From positions 1 to 38,219 of the forward strand of contig CAJWWL010000001.1 of assembly GCA_913048125.1 (NCBI GenBank): a stretch of 38,219 bases of DNA. Direction: 5' to 3'. This document shows positions 17,470 to 26,984 of the stretch, one piece after another. The stretch's first letter is position 1. Each line of letters starts with the position of its first letter. The translations under genes were made by a program, and so were the position numbers. The notes below the pieces were generated by a model. It had not been told where the DNA came from and searched no databases. It saw only the letters and a program-made list of their open reading frames with translations. The stretch comes from an uncultured Opitutia bacterium. GTDB taxonomy: Bacteria; Verrucomicrobiota; Verrucomicrobiia; Opitutales; JABJCN01.

Positions 17470-19104
17470 CTACTTTTTTTTCGTACCTCCAGCCATGGGT
17501 GGGGTTTCGAAGAATTTACCATTTTCTACTAGGCGGGGGTCATCAGTAGAGCGAAGATAGGCCATCAAACGCTTACGAAGCTTAGTAACCTGTTTGGAGT
17601 AGGCGGGATCTTTGGCAACGTTGTTCATTTGGAAGGGATCCTTACGAAGGTCATAAAGTTCTTCGCGGGGACGCTTCCCATAAGCATGCTCAAAGAAGGG
17701 CTTAACTTTGGGGTCGGCGCGATTCGATACGATCCAAGCCTTGGTAGGGCCTGCATCTTCATCTGCAAGAGTGACAAAAGTACTCCGTTCCATCTGCTCA
17801 AGTGAAGGTTCTTTTTCAGTATCGAGGAGGTAGGGGTCTCCAAGCGGCCATCGATCGGGGCGGAAGTTGATAACAAATTGGAAGTCCTTTGTGCGAATCG
17901 CGCGTTGGGGGTAGGGTAGTTGCCCAACTCTGGCAATCTGGACATGGCGTTCACGGCCGGTGATATTAGCATCTCGTTTGGGATCGACCCAGCCTGACTT
18001 TTCGGACTTCAGGACATTCCACAGACTACGGGCTGACATCACATCAGGTATCTTTGTTTCACCTGCTTCCAGAAAAGTGGGCGCCAGATCAGGCAGGCAA
18101 ACAAAGTCGTCGACGATCCGACCACCCTTCACACCAGGTCCAGCGATGGCAAGGCAGACCCTAGTGCCGAAGTCATAGAGGTTGCACTTCCCATGGGGAA
18201 ACCCTGGTGGACCGTGGTCACCGCTCACTACGATTAAAGTATTATCGTACTCTCCAGCCTTTTTGAGCTCATCAATCAGAAGGCCCAGTCCAGCATCAAA
18301 AGCTGCGATCTCTCCAAGGTAGTCGGCTAGGTCCTCGCGGACAGCGTGGACATCTGGCAGGAAGGCAGGCATTTTGCCCTCGAGATGGTCGGGATCTATG
18401 TTCCAGAGCTTTTTACCAGATCCTTTAGTCCACTTACGGTGTACGTTTGTGGGGCCAAACCAGTAAGCGAAAGGTTGGTCTTTCTTTCGAGCATTGAGGA
18501 AACTTTTGAAATTACCTCTTACTTCCTTGAGCAACTCCTTCTTTGCCTCCTCTGGAGAGACGCCTCGCGATACGCGCCCGGATACATATTGTGAAAAGCC
18601 ATTGAACTTCCCGCCCGCAGATCGAAATGCATTTGCACTTCCCCCAATCCCGGCATCTCTTGGACTGCCTGGTGACCAAACCTTGTAGGTGTAGCCTAGA
18701 TGATAGCCCGAGTCCTTGAGTAAAAGCGGCCATGTTGGAATGTTGGTGTCCCAGATTGCACCCTGCAGGATGGCTCCGCGGCCAGTTTCCCAGAAGTTCC
18801 TGCCTGAGAGAATGGAACTGCGGCAAGGGGTGCATGATGGCGCATTGACCGAAGCGTTGGTAAAGAGCACTCCGCTTTGGGCTAACTTATCAAAGTTTGG
18901 AGTGAGCGCTACATCATTGATGGTTCCAGGTCCGTCAGTTTTGGCGTATGCGCTTGCCTGCCTTCCCCAATCATCTGCGAAAGCGAACAGAATGTTTGGT
19001 ACCTTGGAATATGAGGGGTTCTGTAAGCAAGTAAACACCCATACTGCCAAGAAAACAGAGGTGGAGAAAGACCTTAAAGAGAAAGTTTGTTTTGGTGAGG
19101 TCAT
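17470..19104 (-). CDS. Sulfatase (sulfamidase / heparan-N-sulfatase-like architecture)
   Basis: 544 aa with a signal peptide. Motifs are [12 protein letters not shown], the FGly motif C-T-P-C-R ([13 protein letters not shown]), [30 protein letters not shown] and [16 protein letters not shown]. Confidence 0.9.
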   Translation of the reverse strand: MTSPKQTFSLRSFSTSVFLAVWVFTCLQNPSYSKVPNILFAFADDWGRQASAYAKTDGPGTINDVALTPNFDKLAQSGVLFTNASVNAPSCTPCRSSILSGRNFWETGRGAILQGAIWDTNIPTWPLLLKDSGYHLGYTYKVWSPGSPRDAGIGGSANAFRSAGGKFNGFSQYVSGRVSRGVSPEEAKKELLKEVRGNFKSFLNARKKDQPFAYWFGPTNVHRKWTKGSGKKLWNIDPDHLEGKMPAFLPDVHAVREDLADYLGEIAAFDAGLGLLIDELKKAGEYDNTLIVVSGDHGPPGFPHGKCNLYDFGTRVCLAIAGPGVKGGRIVDDFVCLPDLAPTFLEAGETKIPDVMSARSLWNVLKSEKSGWVDPKRDANITGRERHVQIARVGQLPYPQRAIRTKDFQFVINFRPDRWPLGDPYLLDTEKEPSLEQMERSTFVTLADEDAGPTKAWIVSNRADPKVKPFFEHAYGKRPREELYDLRKDPFQMNNVAKDPAYSKQVTKLRKRLMAYLRSTDDPRLVENGKFFETPPMAGGTKKK

Positions 19105-19256
19105 ATTCGAGAAGTTGTTGGGTTCCTATTCCTGGGTCAAGTGAAGGATAGATGACCATGACTTACAGAATTTAACTGTAAGTTGGTGAATGTTTATTTA
19201 ACGAGAAGAAAGGTAAGAGAAGATAAGTTGGCTCTAAGTAAACCTGAGCAACTTTT

Positions 19257-20267
19257 TCATTTGGTACTTTTTTCGGAAATCATTTCTCCACTGCTCCAGA
19301 CCTTCTCTTTCCGTATGTTTCCACGAGGGAAATACTCAGTTTCTTTACCATCCTTCTTTCCATTCTTGTAGGGGATAACACGCTTCTTCGAACCGTCTTT
19401 GTAGTAAGAAATTGAGGTGCCATGCTTTTTTCCATACAGATACTGAGTTTCCTCCTCTTTTGTCTCATCTTCGTTGTAGTGGATTTCTAATCCTTGCTGG
19501 AGACCATCTTCGTAGGAAACTTCTCTCTCCTTGTTTCCATTTAAATGGTAAAAGGTCTGTATGCCATGCTGGAGGTTTTTTACCCAGGGGCGCTCAGATT
19601 TAATCTGCCCATTTTTGTAGTATTCTCTATTTATACCTTGCCTTATGCCATGCACATAGGGGACTTCATACATTTTCCCACCTTCGCTGTAGTAACTTGT
19701 AGCCATACCATGGCGCTTGCCACCAATGTAGGGTGTGACATGTCTTTTATTTCCGTTCTCATAGTATTGAACTGTATCCCCGTCAAATTTGTCCTCCTTG
19801 AATGACATTTCATAGTTCTTAGATCCGTCCTTATTGTATCGAGTTGAGATGCCATGCCTCTTACCGTCCACATATTTGGTTTCTTTTTCAATCACTCCGT
19901 CTTCGTAGGATTTAATCGAGGAACCCGTGAATGGTTTCGGTTTTTTTGTACCCTTGCGGTAGAATAACAATCCAAACCTTGCAATGTCCTCTTCAGCAAC
20001 TATCTGGGGCTGTTTTTTTTCTGAGATATTTTGAGCATTCTTATCCTCAGTGATTTGTTCACCATTTTGTGAGAATGCCGTTTCATTTAAGTCTTCGGTG
20101 TTGAATGCATCTCCTGTTTTTTCTGCAATTAAAGATCCCTGCTTCGATTTTGAAGGCTGTGATAAATCATGACTCTCAGGTGTGTTGTCATCCGTAGCAG
20201 TCCTTTCACCGCACCCAAATAGCAGAAAGAACGAAACGCCAAGCAGGTGTAACACTTTACAGTTCAT
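19257..20267 (-). CDS. MORN-variant (YwqK-like) repeat lipoprotein
   Basis: I place the start at the internal ATG (20267-20265), giving MNCKVLHLLGVSFFLLFGC, a lipobox-like signal. A low-complexity acidic/polar linker follows, then about 8-9 repeats of roughly 23 aa of the form Y(Y/F)xNGxxxxxxxYxxGKxHG. Confidence 0.7.
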   Translation of the reverse strand: MNCKVLHLLGVSFFLLFGCGERTATDDNTPESHDLSQPSKSKQGSLIAEKTGDAFNTEDLNETAFSQNGEQITEDKNAQNISEKKQPQIVAEEDIARFGLLFYRKGTKKPKPFTGSSIKSYEDGVIEKETKYVDGKRHGISTRYNKDGSKNYEMSFKEDKFDGDTVQYYENGNKRHVTPYIGGKRHGMATSYYSEGGKMYEVPYVHGIRQGINREYYKNGQIKSERPWVKNLQHGIQTFYHLNGNKEREVSYEDGLQQGLEIHYNEDETKEEETQYLYGKKHGTSISYYKDGSKKRVIPYKNGKKDGKETEYFPRGNIRKEKVWSSGEMISEKSTK

Positions 20268-20430
20268 ATCGATTACCAAGCCCCAGAACGCTAGGGATGT
20301 AAATATATAATCCTGGCGGAATAGATATTCAAGGTGGGCTACAGTTTCATTTCTGCATTCTTTATTCAATTTCGGGGACAATGTTATCGACCCTATTTTG
20401 CCTCGATGATTTAGCTTTCTCTACAAAATC

Positions 20431-21933
20431 ATGAAATTAATATTCTGCCTTCTAGCCTTGCTCTCAGTAGTTCAAGGAATCTTTGCCCAGACCAAGAGTC
20501 GTCCAAATATTCTCTGGTTTGTAGTTGATGATATGTCGGCCAACTTTTCCTGCTATGGGGAAACCGCTATCCTGACACCTCATGTGGACAAACTGGCCGC
20601 GGAAGGCATCCGGTTCACGCGGGCTTACGCTACCTCTCCGGTTTGCTCCACTTTTCGTTCTGCACTCATTACTGGAATGTACCAAACCTCGATCGGTGCA
20701 CACCATCATCGTAGCGGTCGTGGAAAACACAGGATTCAATTGCCAGAGGGGGTCAGCCCCATTCCTGAATTATTTCAGGATGCGGGTTACTACACCTGTA
20801 ATGGGAGTGGTGTCTCTGGTTTAGATCGAACCACTCAAAAGCTTGCCAATGGTAAAAAACAAAACGGAAAGACGGATTACAATTTTGACTGGGCCCCCAA
20901 GATGTACGACAGCCATGATTGGGCTGGAAGAAAAGAGGGACAACCCTTCTTCATGCAAGTCCAATTGCATGGTGGCAAATTGCGGGGAGCATCGGAAGTC
21001 CACTACACTCGTTTCGATACCCAAGTTTCCAAATTATTCCCAAAGCCTCTCACCCCGGCGAGCGTCAAGCTGCCTCCTTATTACCCTCGCGATCCAGTAC
21101 TCCTTAAGGATTGGTCCACTTATCTGGATTCAGTTCGGGTGACCGATCACCATGTCGGTTTAGTGATGAAGCGACTCAAAGATGAGGGGTTACTGCAAAA
21201 TACGCTCGTGGCTTTTTTCACTGACCACGGTATCAGTCACGCCCGAGGTAAACAGTTCCTCTACGACGAGGGTACACATATCCCTATTGTACTTCGAGGT
21301 CCGGGAATACCTCAGAATCAAATCCGCACAGACCTAATTGAACACATCGACATTGCTGCGCTTTCACTATCCGCCGCGGGAATCCCCTTACCTAAGAAGA
21401 TGGAAGGTCGAGATATTTTATCTAGGGACTATGAGCCTCGAGAGGCGGTCTTTGCCGCACGGGATCGCTGTGGAGAAGCTGCCGACCGGATTCGTTCAGT
21501 TCGTACGGATAAGTACCTCTATATCCGTAATTTCTTTCCAAAGCGCCCCTTCTTGATGCCTAGCAACTACAAGGACAGTAAGCTTATTCTAATCCGTTTG
21601 CGAGAACTGCATGCTGAGGGCAAACTGTCCAAGCTTTCTGAAAAACTACTCTTCTCGCCTGAGCGTCAACCTGAGGAGCTTTATCTTTACGCAGAAGATC
21701 CTTGGCAAACTCGCAATCTTTTTGATGAACCCGAGCACGCCAAAGCCCTAGAACTTCACCGAAGATTGCTCGACAGTTGGATCAAAACCACTGGCGATCC
21801 AGGTCCAGAAACCGCCGAAGTCTATCAGCTCGAAATCGAGGATCAACTAAAGCATACTCGATCTTCTGATGCCAAAGCCACCTATCGTAAAAACTCTGAA
21901 CTTTACAAGCAGTGGGCTAAAGAAGGGATTTGA
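20431..21933 (+). CDS. Sulfatase-fold protein with the non-canonical active-site motif C-S-T-F-R
   Basis: 500 aa with a signal peptide. Motifs are PNILWFVVDDMS, SPVCSTFRSALITGM (Thr where the FGly motif normally has Pro or Ala), FTDHGISHARGKQFLYDEG, SVRTDKYLYIRN and EELYLYAEDPWQTRNL. It is the only enzyme gene on the plus strand. Confidence 0.85.
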   Translation: MKLIFCLLALLSVVQGIFAQTKSRPNILWFVVDDMSANFSCYGETAILTPHVDKLAAEGIRFTRAYATSPVCSTFRSALITGMYQTSIGAHHHRSGRGKHRIQLPEGVSPIPELFQDAGYYTCNGSGVSGLDRTTQKLANGKKQNGKTDYNFDWAPKMYDSHDWAGRKEGQPFFMQVQLHGGKLRGASEVHYTRFDTQVSKLFPKPLTPASVKLPPYYPRDPVLLKDWSTYLDSVRVTDHHVGLVMKRLKDEGLLQNTLVAFFTDHGISHARGKQFLYDEGTHIPIVLRGPGIPQNQIRTDLIEHIDIAALSLSAAGIPLPKKMEGRDILSRDYEPREAVFAARDRCGEAADRIRSVRTDKYLYIRNFFPKRPFLMPSNYKDSKLILIRLRELHAEGKLSKLSEKLLFSPERQPEELYLYAEDPWQTRNLFDEPEHAKALELHRRLLDSWIKTTGDPGPETAEVYQLEIEDQLKHTRSSDAKATYRKNSELYKQWAKEGI

Positions 21934-22006
21934 TTCAAATTTTAAGGGCGCGCCTTAGAGAGCTCAAATATACGACAATTATTGAATCAGAGTCGGGGTC
22001 TTCAGT

Positions 22007-23593
22007 TTAGAACTTAACTTTGTGAGGCCAGCCAGGCACCTCGGCTTTTATAGGTTTGCGAGCTTCATTCATGGGGTGAAACTGCAACTCCGTTTCCCGC
22101 TTTTTTGTATCAAAGAGTATGATGCCGTACCCATTTAGTCCGTTACCAGCACCATACATTGTGACTTTGTTGCCAAAACGGTCATGGAATTCACCAGTGT
22201 TTTTCGGGGCGCCAGTTTTTCGATTCTTTCCAGCTTCGAGTGGTTCCCATTTTCGACTGGCCCGTGAGGAGAAAGAGGGGATAGAGTAGGCGACTGGCCC
22301 ATCATTAAATCGATTCACACCATGACGTCCGAGTGTCCCAAGATGGACATCTCCGTGGAGCATCACTACTGGCGCGTCGCCGATGGCCTTTAAGGCACGG
22401 TTACGACCAGATTGTGGCCAGCCATTTGAGTCGGTATCCGCTGAAGTCGGAGAGTACATGGCAATGTGTGCCCATGGGCTTTGCGATAGCACCGCTCCGA
22501 GACTTTCATTTTTCTTCAGGTTCGCAGCCCACTCTTTAAGAAAGTCTTCCTGATCCGTACCCAATAGTTGGAGGTCCGGTCGATCAAGTTTTGTGCAGTC
22601 ATAGTCGGGGTCCAAAACAACTTCAATTTTGAAGTCCGTCTTACGCGGTTTCGGCCATTTGAATCCTGGCGGTGCAATCAGCTTCTTGATGACCTCTGAT
22701 GGTGGGCTCTTGAATTTACGGTCCTCCAGAATTGCAAAATGGACAGTACCATACTCAAGTGCGGTGTAGTAGGCGAGTACGCCATCACCATGCGGTCCTG
22801 GGTTGGCAGGATCGGGTAAATTACCGGTCTGTGTGAACTCGGCTGCATTAACCCATGCTGGGTGTGTGGGGTAGCCACCAGTCGTACGGTCACCTTGCAT
22901 CCTGAGACCGCCCTTTCCCCAGAGATCATTAGCAAAAACATCATGATCGTCAGTGATCATTATCGTGGGGCGGTTTCTCATTAGTTCTCGGAACGCCTCT
23001 CCAAACTTACGCCACTTTTCGAGGTAGTTCTTCATCCCCTTTGGGACTTCAGCTTCCGTAACTGCCCGGAACATTCGGCTTCCGTAGTCATTCTCGTAAA
23101 TCTGGTCACCGGAGAAGAAGACCAGATCCGGGTCATGGGCAATCAGCTCGTCGATTGCTTCCTTCCAAGGCCAGCCAATATCTTTGTGGCACGATAGAGC
23201 TGCTAACTTGAGGACTGATTCTGCTTTGGGTTCAGCACGAAAGATACCTGTCCACTTGGACTCCTCACAGGTGACCTTGAAATCAATATTTTGATGACGA
23301 GGCCATCCTTCGATAACAAATAAGCTTGTAGCTGTTAAAGTGTCGATGGGACGAGAGCCTGCCATGTGCCATGCTTCGCTCGGACTCTCTCTTAGCCAGA
23401 GTTTTACCTGTTTTGCTTCGGTGATAGATTCTGTAGGGTCACAATCTAGATGAACCAGCAGCTTCATCTTTCCAAGATGCTGACAGTATTGCGTCCATAA
23501 GATCTCTGAAGCTGAAACTAGACTGGGCAACCCGAGGATTCCGAGAATCCAGAAAATCGAACTTTTGCCAGATGATAATTTTCGCAGACCCAT
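22007..23593 (-). CDS. PhoD-like metallophosphoesterase, secreted
   Basis: I place the start at the internal ATG (23593-23591), giving MGLRKLSSGKSSIFWILGILGLPSLVSA as a signal peptide. The track start at 23707 would overlap the upstream gene by about 110 bp. Blocks are VFFSGDQIYENDYG, IMITDDHDVFANDLWGKGG and VMLHGDVHLG. Confidence 0.7.
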   Translation of the reverse strand: MGLRKLSSGKSSIFWILGILGLPSLVSASEILWTQYCQHLGKMKLLVHLDCDPTESITEAKQVKLWLRESPSEAWHMAGSRPIDTLTATSLFVIEGWPRHQNIDFKVTCEESKWTGIFRAEPKAESVLKLAALSCHKDIGWPWKEAIDELIAHDPDLVFFSGDQIYENDYGSRMFRAVTEAEVPKGMKNYLEKWRKFGEAFRELMRNRPTIMITDDHDVFANDLWGKGGLRMQGDRTTGGYPTHPAWVNAAEFTQTGNLPDPANPGPHGDGVLAYYTALEYGTVHFAILEDRKFKSPPSEVIKKLIAPPGFKWPKPRKTDFKIEVVLDPDYDCTKLDRPDLQLLGTDQEDFLKEWAANLKKNESLGAVLSQSPWAHIAMYSPTSADTDSNGWPQSGRNRALKAIGDAPVVMLHGDVHLGTLGRHGVNRFNDGPVAYSIPSFSSRASRKWEPLEAGKNRKTGAPKNTGEFHDRFGNKVTMYGAGNGLNGYGIILFDTKKRETELQFHPMNEARKPIKAEVPGWPHKVKF

Positions 23594-23597
23594 CGAG

Positions 23598-24911
23598 CTA
23601 GAACTTTCGATATTTGCCTTCGAGAAGGGGATTGGCTGCTGCATGGTTAGTGACGTGCATTTTCTTGGCGTCCCATTCCAGTCGTTTGCCAGGGAATTGG
23701 CAGGCAACCACTCCGAGACATAGAGACTCGGCTAAAGGGCCAGCATAGTCAAAACCTGCTAGTGTCTTGTCTTTGCCTTCGATTGCGTCAAGGAACTGGG
23801 TGTAGTGGTTCACACTCTTGAATTCTTTTGTGTCTAATTCAGAGGCTACAGACTTGGGATAGAAGGTTGGCATGCCGCAATGTGGCAGCACCATTCGACC
23901 CCCTTCTCCAACATAGAGAGCACCTTGCTTTGGCAGTTTTTCTCCTTTGGGAAGCTTAAGGTCAGGGTTCTTATCATGACGAGGGGCGCCAGCACCGTCC
24001 CACCATGTAAATGTGAAATCACCAGTTGTGTATTTGGTAGGAGCAAAGCCGTAGCTAACCTTATTTTGCTCTGCATGACCAAATCCGTTGGGTGCTCGAC
24101 ATTCGGCCTCAACCCAGAGTGGGTCTGAAAGGTCTAGTGATTTAAAGGGTGTATCAAAGATATGGATGCCCATGTCTCCAAGGGTTCCGCAACCATAGTC
24201 TAGGAACTTGCGCCACTGCCCAGGGTGATAGACCTTATCTGTGAAGTGAGTTTTAGGTGCAGTACCGAGCCAAAGATTCCAATCTAATGAATCAGGAATT
24301 GCTGATTTTTCGGTAAATCGTTTTCCGTCATACCCCCAGTTTTTAAAGGACCAGACATAGACCTTTTTTATTTTTCCGATGATACCAGATTTGATGTGGT
24401 GACGAGTGAACCGATAGGGTGCACGGGATTGGTTCTGAATCCCCATCTGGGTGGTGAGCTTTTTATCTGCGGCAAATGTTGCTAGTTCGCGTGCTTCTGC
24501 AAGCTTATGGGTGAGTGGTTTCTGGGTGTAGACGTGCTTGCCCAGTTTCATAGCTGCCATCGTGGCTGGGTAGTGCGTGTGGTCCGGCGTGGAAATCGAT
24601 ACTATATCAACCTTGTCACCTAGGGTTGCCAGCATTTCTCGGTAGTCTTGAAAGAACTTGGCACTACTGTGTTCAGATAGCCACGACTTGGCTTGGCCGC
24701 GATTACTGTCGACGTCACAAAATCCTACTGCCTGTACTCGTTCGTGCGCTACGAGCGAGATGGTATCTACGCGACCCTTGCCACCTGTTCCTATGTGCGC
24801 AGAGCAGATGCGACCGTTAGGGGAGTTGGCTAAAAGACCAGAAGGCAGTATTGAGAAACTGCTGACGGCGGTTGAGGTTTTGATAAAGTCTCTACGTTTT
24901 AGTTGTTTCAT
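23598..24911 (-). CDS. Gfo/Idh/MocA-family oxidoreductase with a Tat signal (GH109-like architecture)
   Basis: 437 aa with the leader MKQLKRRDFIKTSTAVSSFSILPSGLLA. It has a Rossmann N-terminus (SAHIGTGGKGRVD), the block VYTQKPL and a long C-terminal domain. Its stop codon is 4 bp from the ATG of the PhoD-like gene. Confidence 0.85.
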   Translation of the reverse strand: MKQLKRRDFIKTSTAVSSFSILPSGLLANSPNGRICSAHIGTGGKGRVDTISLVAHERVQAVGFCDVDSNRGQAKSWLSEHSSAKFFQDYREMLATLGDKVDIVSISTPDHTHYPATMAAMKLGKHVYTQKPLTHKLAEARELATFAADKKLTTQMGIQNQSRAPYRFTRHHIKSGIIGKIKKVYVWSFKNWGYDGKRFTEKSAIPDSLDWNLWLGTAPKTHFTDKVYHPGQWRKFLDYGCGTLGDMGIHIFDTPFKSLDLSDPLWVEAECRAPNGFGHAEQNKVSYGFAPTKYTTGDFTFTWWDGAGAPRHDKNPDLKLPKGEKLPKQGALYVGEGGRMVLPHCGMPTFYPKSVASELDTKEFKSVNHYTQFLDAIEGKDKTLAGFDYAGPLAESLCLGVVACQFPGKRLEWDAKKMHVTNHAAANPLLEGKYRKF

Positions 24912-25125
24912 TAGGTGTAATTAAGATGTGGCTGAACTATGTAAGGGGCTAAACAACTTGTCGATGTCTCAGTTGTCGGCTAATGCTTGATGGTAACTTT
25001 GGGGGGAATGGTTTTAGGGTTTTATGTGATTGGGTATGTTTAGATTATAGGGCCTTTATGAAAACGATTACGACATCCGTTGATTAACCTAACAGCTTTC
25101 TTTCTGACACAGGCGATTCGTACAA

Positions 25126-26895
25126 TTATTTACGTGTCAGGATTACCTGATGAGGGCCTTGCCTATTACCGTCAAAGTCGATGTCTACAGATAACTTGAA
25201 TTGTCCACTTTGCATATGCATTTGGGTTGTGTGCCCACGCTGCTTGTTGGCTGCAATGTCAAGGGATAGTCGAGCCTCACCAGCAGTTATTTTGGCTACA
25301 CCACTTGGATGATCTCCCTTAAGGATAATTTCTACTTTGTAGGCAGCGGGTTCAGGAGCTTCAACCAGCCAGAATCCATTGGAGTCACGCCCCCATGGAC
25401 GTCCAGAGGCATGGCGCCAGTCCTGTCGAGTTAGTACAGTGCTTGGTTCATGCTTTGTTCCAATGATGATGCGCGGTGGTGCATAATTATCAGGTCGAGA
25501 AGAGCTTACATCGGCAAACCAATCTTCGTAGCTTTTCTTCAGGCGTTTGAAGACTTTGGGTCGCTGGTCAGATAGATCATTTTGCTGTCTTGGGTCCTTA
25601 CTTAGGTCATACAACTCTAGCTTTGGTAAACCTTCGAACCTTTCTTTACCAAAGCCGCTAGGGTGGACGAGTTTCCACGGTTCTTCGTGGAGAGCGAAAT
25701 GGTGGTAGAGCTGTGGGACGTTACCACGGTGTGTTTGCAGAACTACCTTTCTTTTCGGCCATTTGGAATTTTCGCCAGTGAGGATGGGAAGGAAGCTGCG
25801 ACCATCAATCTTCAGTTTCGATGGTGCTTTTACCCCGCAAGCTTCGAGGATTGTGGGCATGAGATCAATATGAGCGCAAAGAGCGTCTGCGGTGCGGCGT
25901 GCTTTGACTTTGTTCGGCCAATGAAATACAAGTGGTGAACGTACGCCACCATCATCGATGTGGGTCTTCATTCCACGCATGTTGCCTACGTAACGCATGG
26001 AGTTTGGTCCGTTGTCGTTGAGATAAATCACGATGGTATTTTTTCGAATTTTGAGTTGGTCGAGCTTCTTGAATAGGCGGCCAACATTTTCATCTATGTT
26101 GGTAATCATCGCGCAAATACGAGCTAGCTTATCCGTTTCGGTCTTTAGTCGGCCGGGGTTGAGGTTTGGGTTGATCATGATCGGTCGAAAATCGACCTTT
26201 AGGTATTCTTGATAGAGTGCCTCCGGTACGTCGTGATAAGGACCATGGGGTGCATTGGTTGCGATGTAGGTGAAGAAACTTTTATTCTCTTGAGTTGCTG
26301 CCTCGATGAAGTCCATGGCTGCGTCAAAGTAGATATCCGTGCAGTAGCCTTTCATCGGAGTCTCCACACCATTCTTGATGAGAGTTGGGTCTGTGTATTT
26401 GCCTTCTGCTCCTATGGGGTCGGAAGGTTGGCCAATTCCTCCGCCACGATGAATAAGGCTATCCTCAAATCCTTGGTCCATTGGGCGCATCGGATAGTTA
26501 TCACCCAGATGCCATTTGCCATAGATCCCTGTTCGGTAGTTAGCTTCTCGAAGGACTTCGGCAATGGTCACTTCATCAGGATCCATCATCGCTCGTCCTA
26601 CGTAAGTGTCGATGCAGCGAGTACGGTAGTTGTAGCGACCAGTCATTAGGCTTGCCCGAGTTGGTGCGCAAACTGGACTGACGTAAAATTTGGTTAGCAA
26701 CCCACTTTGCTTGGCCATTTTGTCCAGCTCAGGAGTGCGAATGATCTTGTTTCCCATGAAGCCGTAGTCACCACCGCCTTGGTCGTCGCTCATAATGACA
26801 ATGACGTTTGGTCTTTCGGCTTGGGCACTCGTGTTTAAAAATACTGTGAGTGCGCACATCAAGAGAGGGAGAATTAGTGGGAGTGAACGTTTCAT
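25126..26895 (-). CDS. Sulfatase (arylsulfatase-like) with an extra C-terminal beta-rich domain
   Basis: 589 aa with a signal peptide. Motifs are PNVIVIMSDDQGGGDYG, the FGly motif C-A-P-T-R (PVCAPTRASLMTGR), YGKWHLGD, NAPHGPY and LNDNGPNS. About 120 aa follow the catalytic fold (WLVEAPEPAAYKVEIILKGD...). Confidence 0.9.
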   Translation of the reverse strand: MKRSLPLILPLLMCALTVFLNTSAQAERPNVIVIMSDDQGGGDYGFMGNKIIRTPELDKMAKQSGLLTKFYVSPVCAPTRASLMTGRYNYRTRCIDTYVGRAMMDPDEVTIAEVLREANYRTGIYGKWHLGDNYPMRPMDQGFEDSLIHRGGGIGQPSDPIGAEGKYTDPTLIKNGVETPMKGYCTDIYFDAAMDFIEAATQENKSFFTYIATNAPHGPYHDVPEALYQEYLKVDFRPIMINPNLNPGRLKTETDKLARICAMITNIDENVGRLFKKLDQLKIRKNTIVIYLNDNGPNSMRYVGNMRGMKTHIDDGGVRSPLVFHWPNKVKARRTADALCAHIDLMPTILEACGVKAPSKLKIDGRSFLPILTGENSKWPKRKVVLQTHRGNVPQLYHHFALHEEPWKLVHPSGFGKERFEGLPKLELYDLSKDPRQQNDLSDQRPKVFKRLKKSYEDWFADVSSSRPDNYAPPRIIIGTKHEPSTVLTRQDWRHASGRPWGRDSNGFWLVEAPEPAAYKVEIILKGDHPSGVAKITAGEARLSLDIAANKQRGHTTQMHMQSGQFKLSVDIDFDGNRQGPHQVILTRK

Positions 26896-26984
26896 TTGAG
26901 TTCTTAAATATTCGCTAAGTTCGGGACGGTCATTGGTTTGTCAACCCTTGGGTCAGGGCTGGCAACCATCATTCATAGGGGAAA

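Noticed and set aside
19161-19183. Perfect 8-bp inverted repeat ACTTACAG-aatttaa-CTGTAAGT downstream of the MORN lipoprotein gene; possible terminator.
   Set aside because: The stem is AT-rich and no U-tract follows on the minus (transcribed) strand, so the support for an intrinsic terminator is weak. It could just as well occur by chance in a 152-bp AT-rich spacer.
21943-21957. GC-rich palindromic element TAAGG-GCGCG-CCTTA (contains GGCGCGCC) between the convergent genes ending at 21933 and 22007; possible bidirectional terminator.
   Set aside because: It forms only a 5-bp stem with a 5-nt loop, and there is no clear T-run on either strand. That is too weak to call a terminator from sequence alone.
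24912-25125. 214-bp gap between a sulfatase and the Gfo/Idh/MocA gene, with the weak hairpin ACAACT-12 nt-AGTTGT; possible small RNA or riboswitch.
   Set aside because: There is only a 6-bp stem with a large loop, no recognisable riboswitch core and no meaningful ORF. It is most simply a terminator or promoter spacer between two transcription units.
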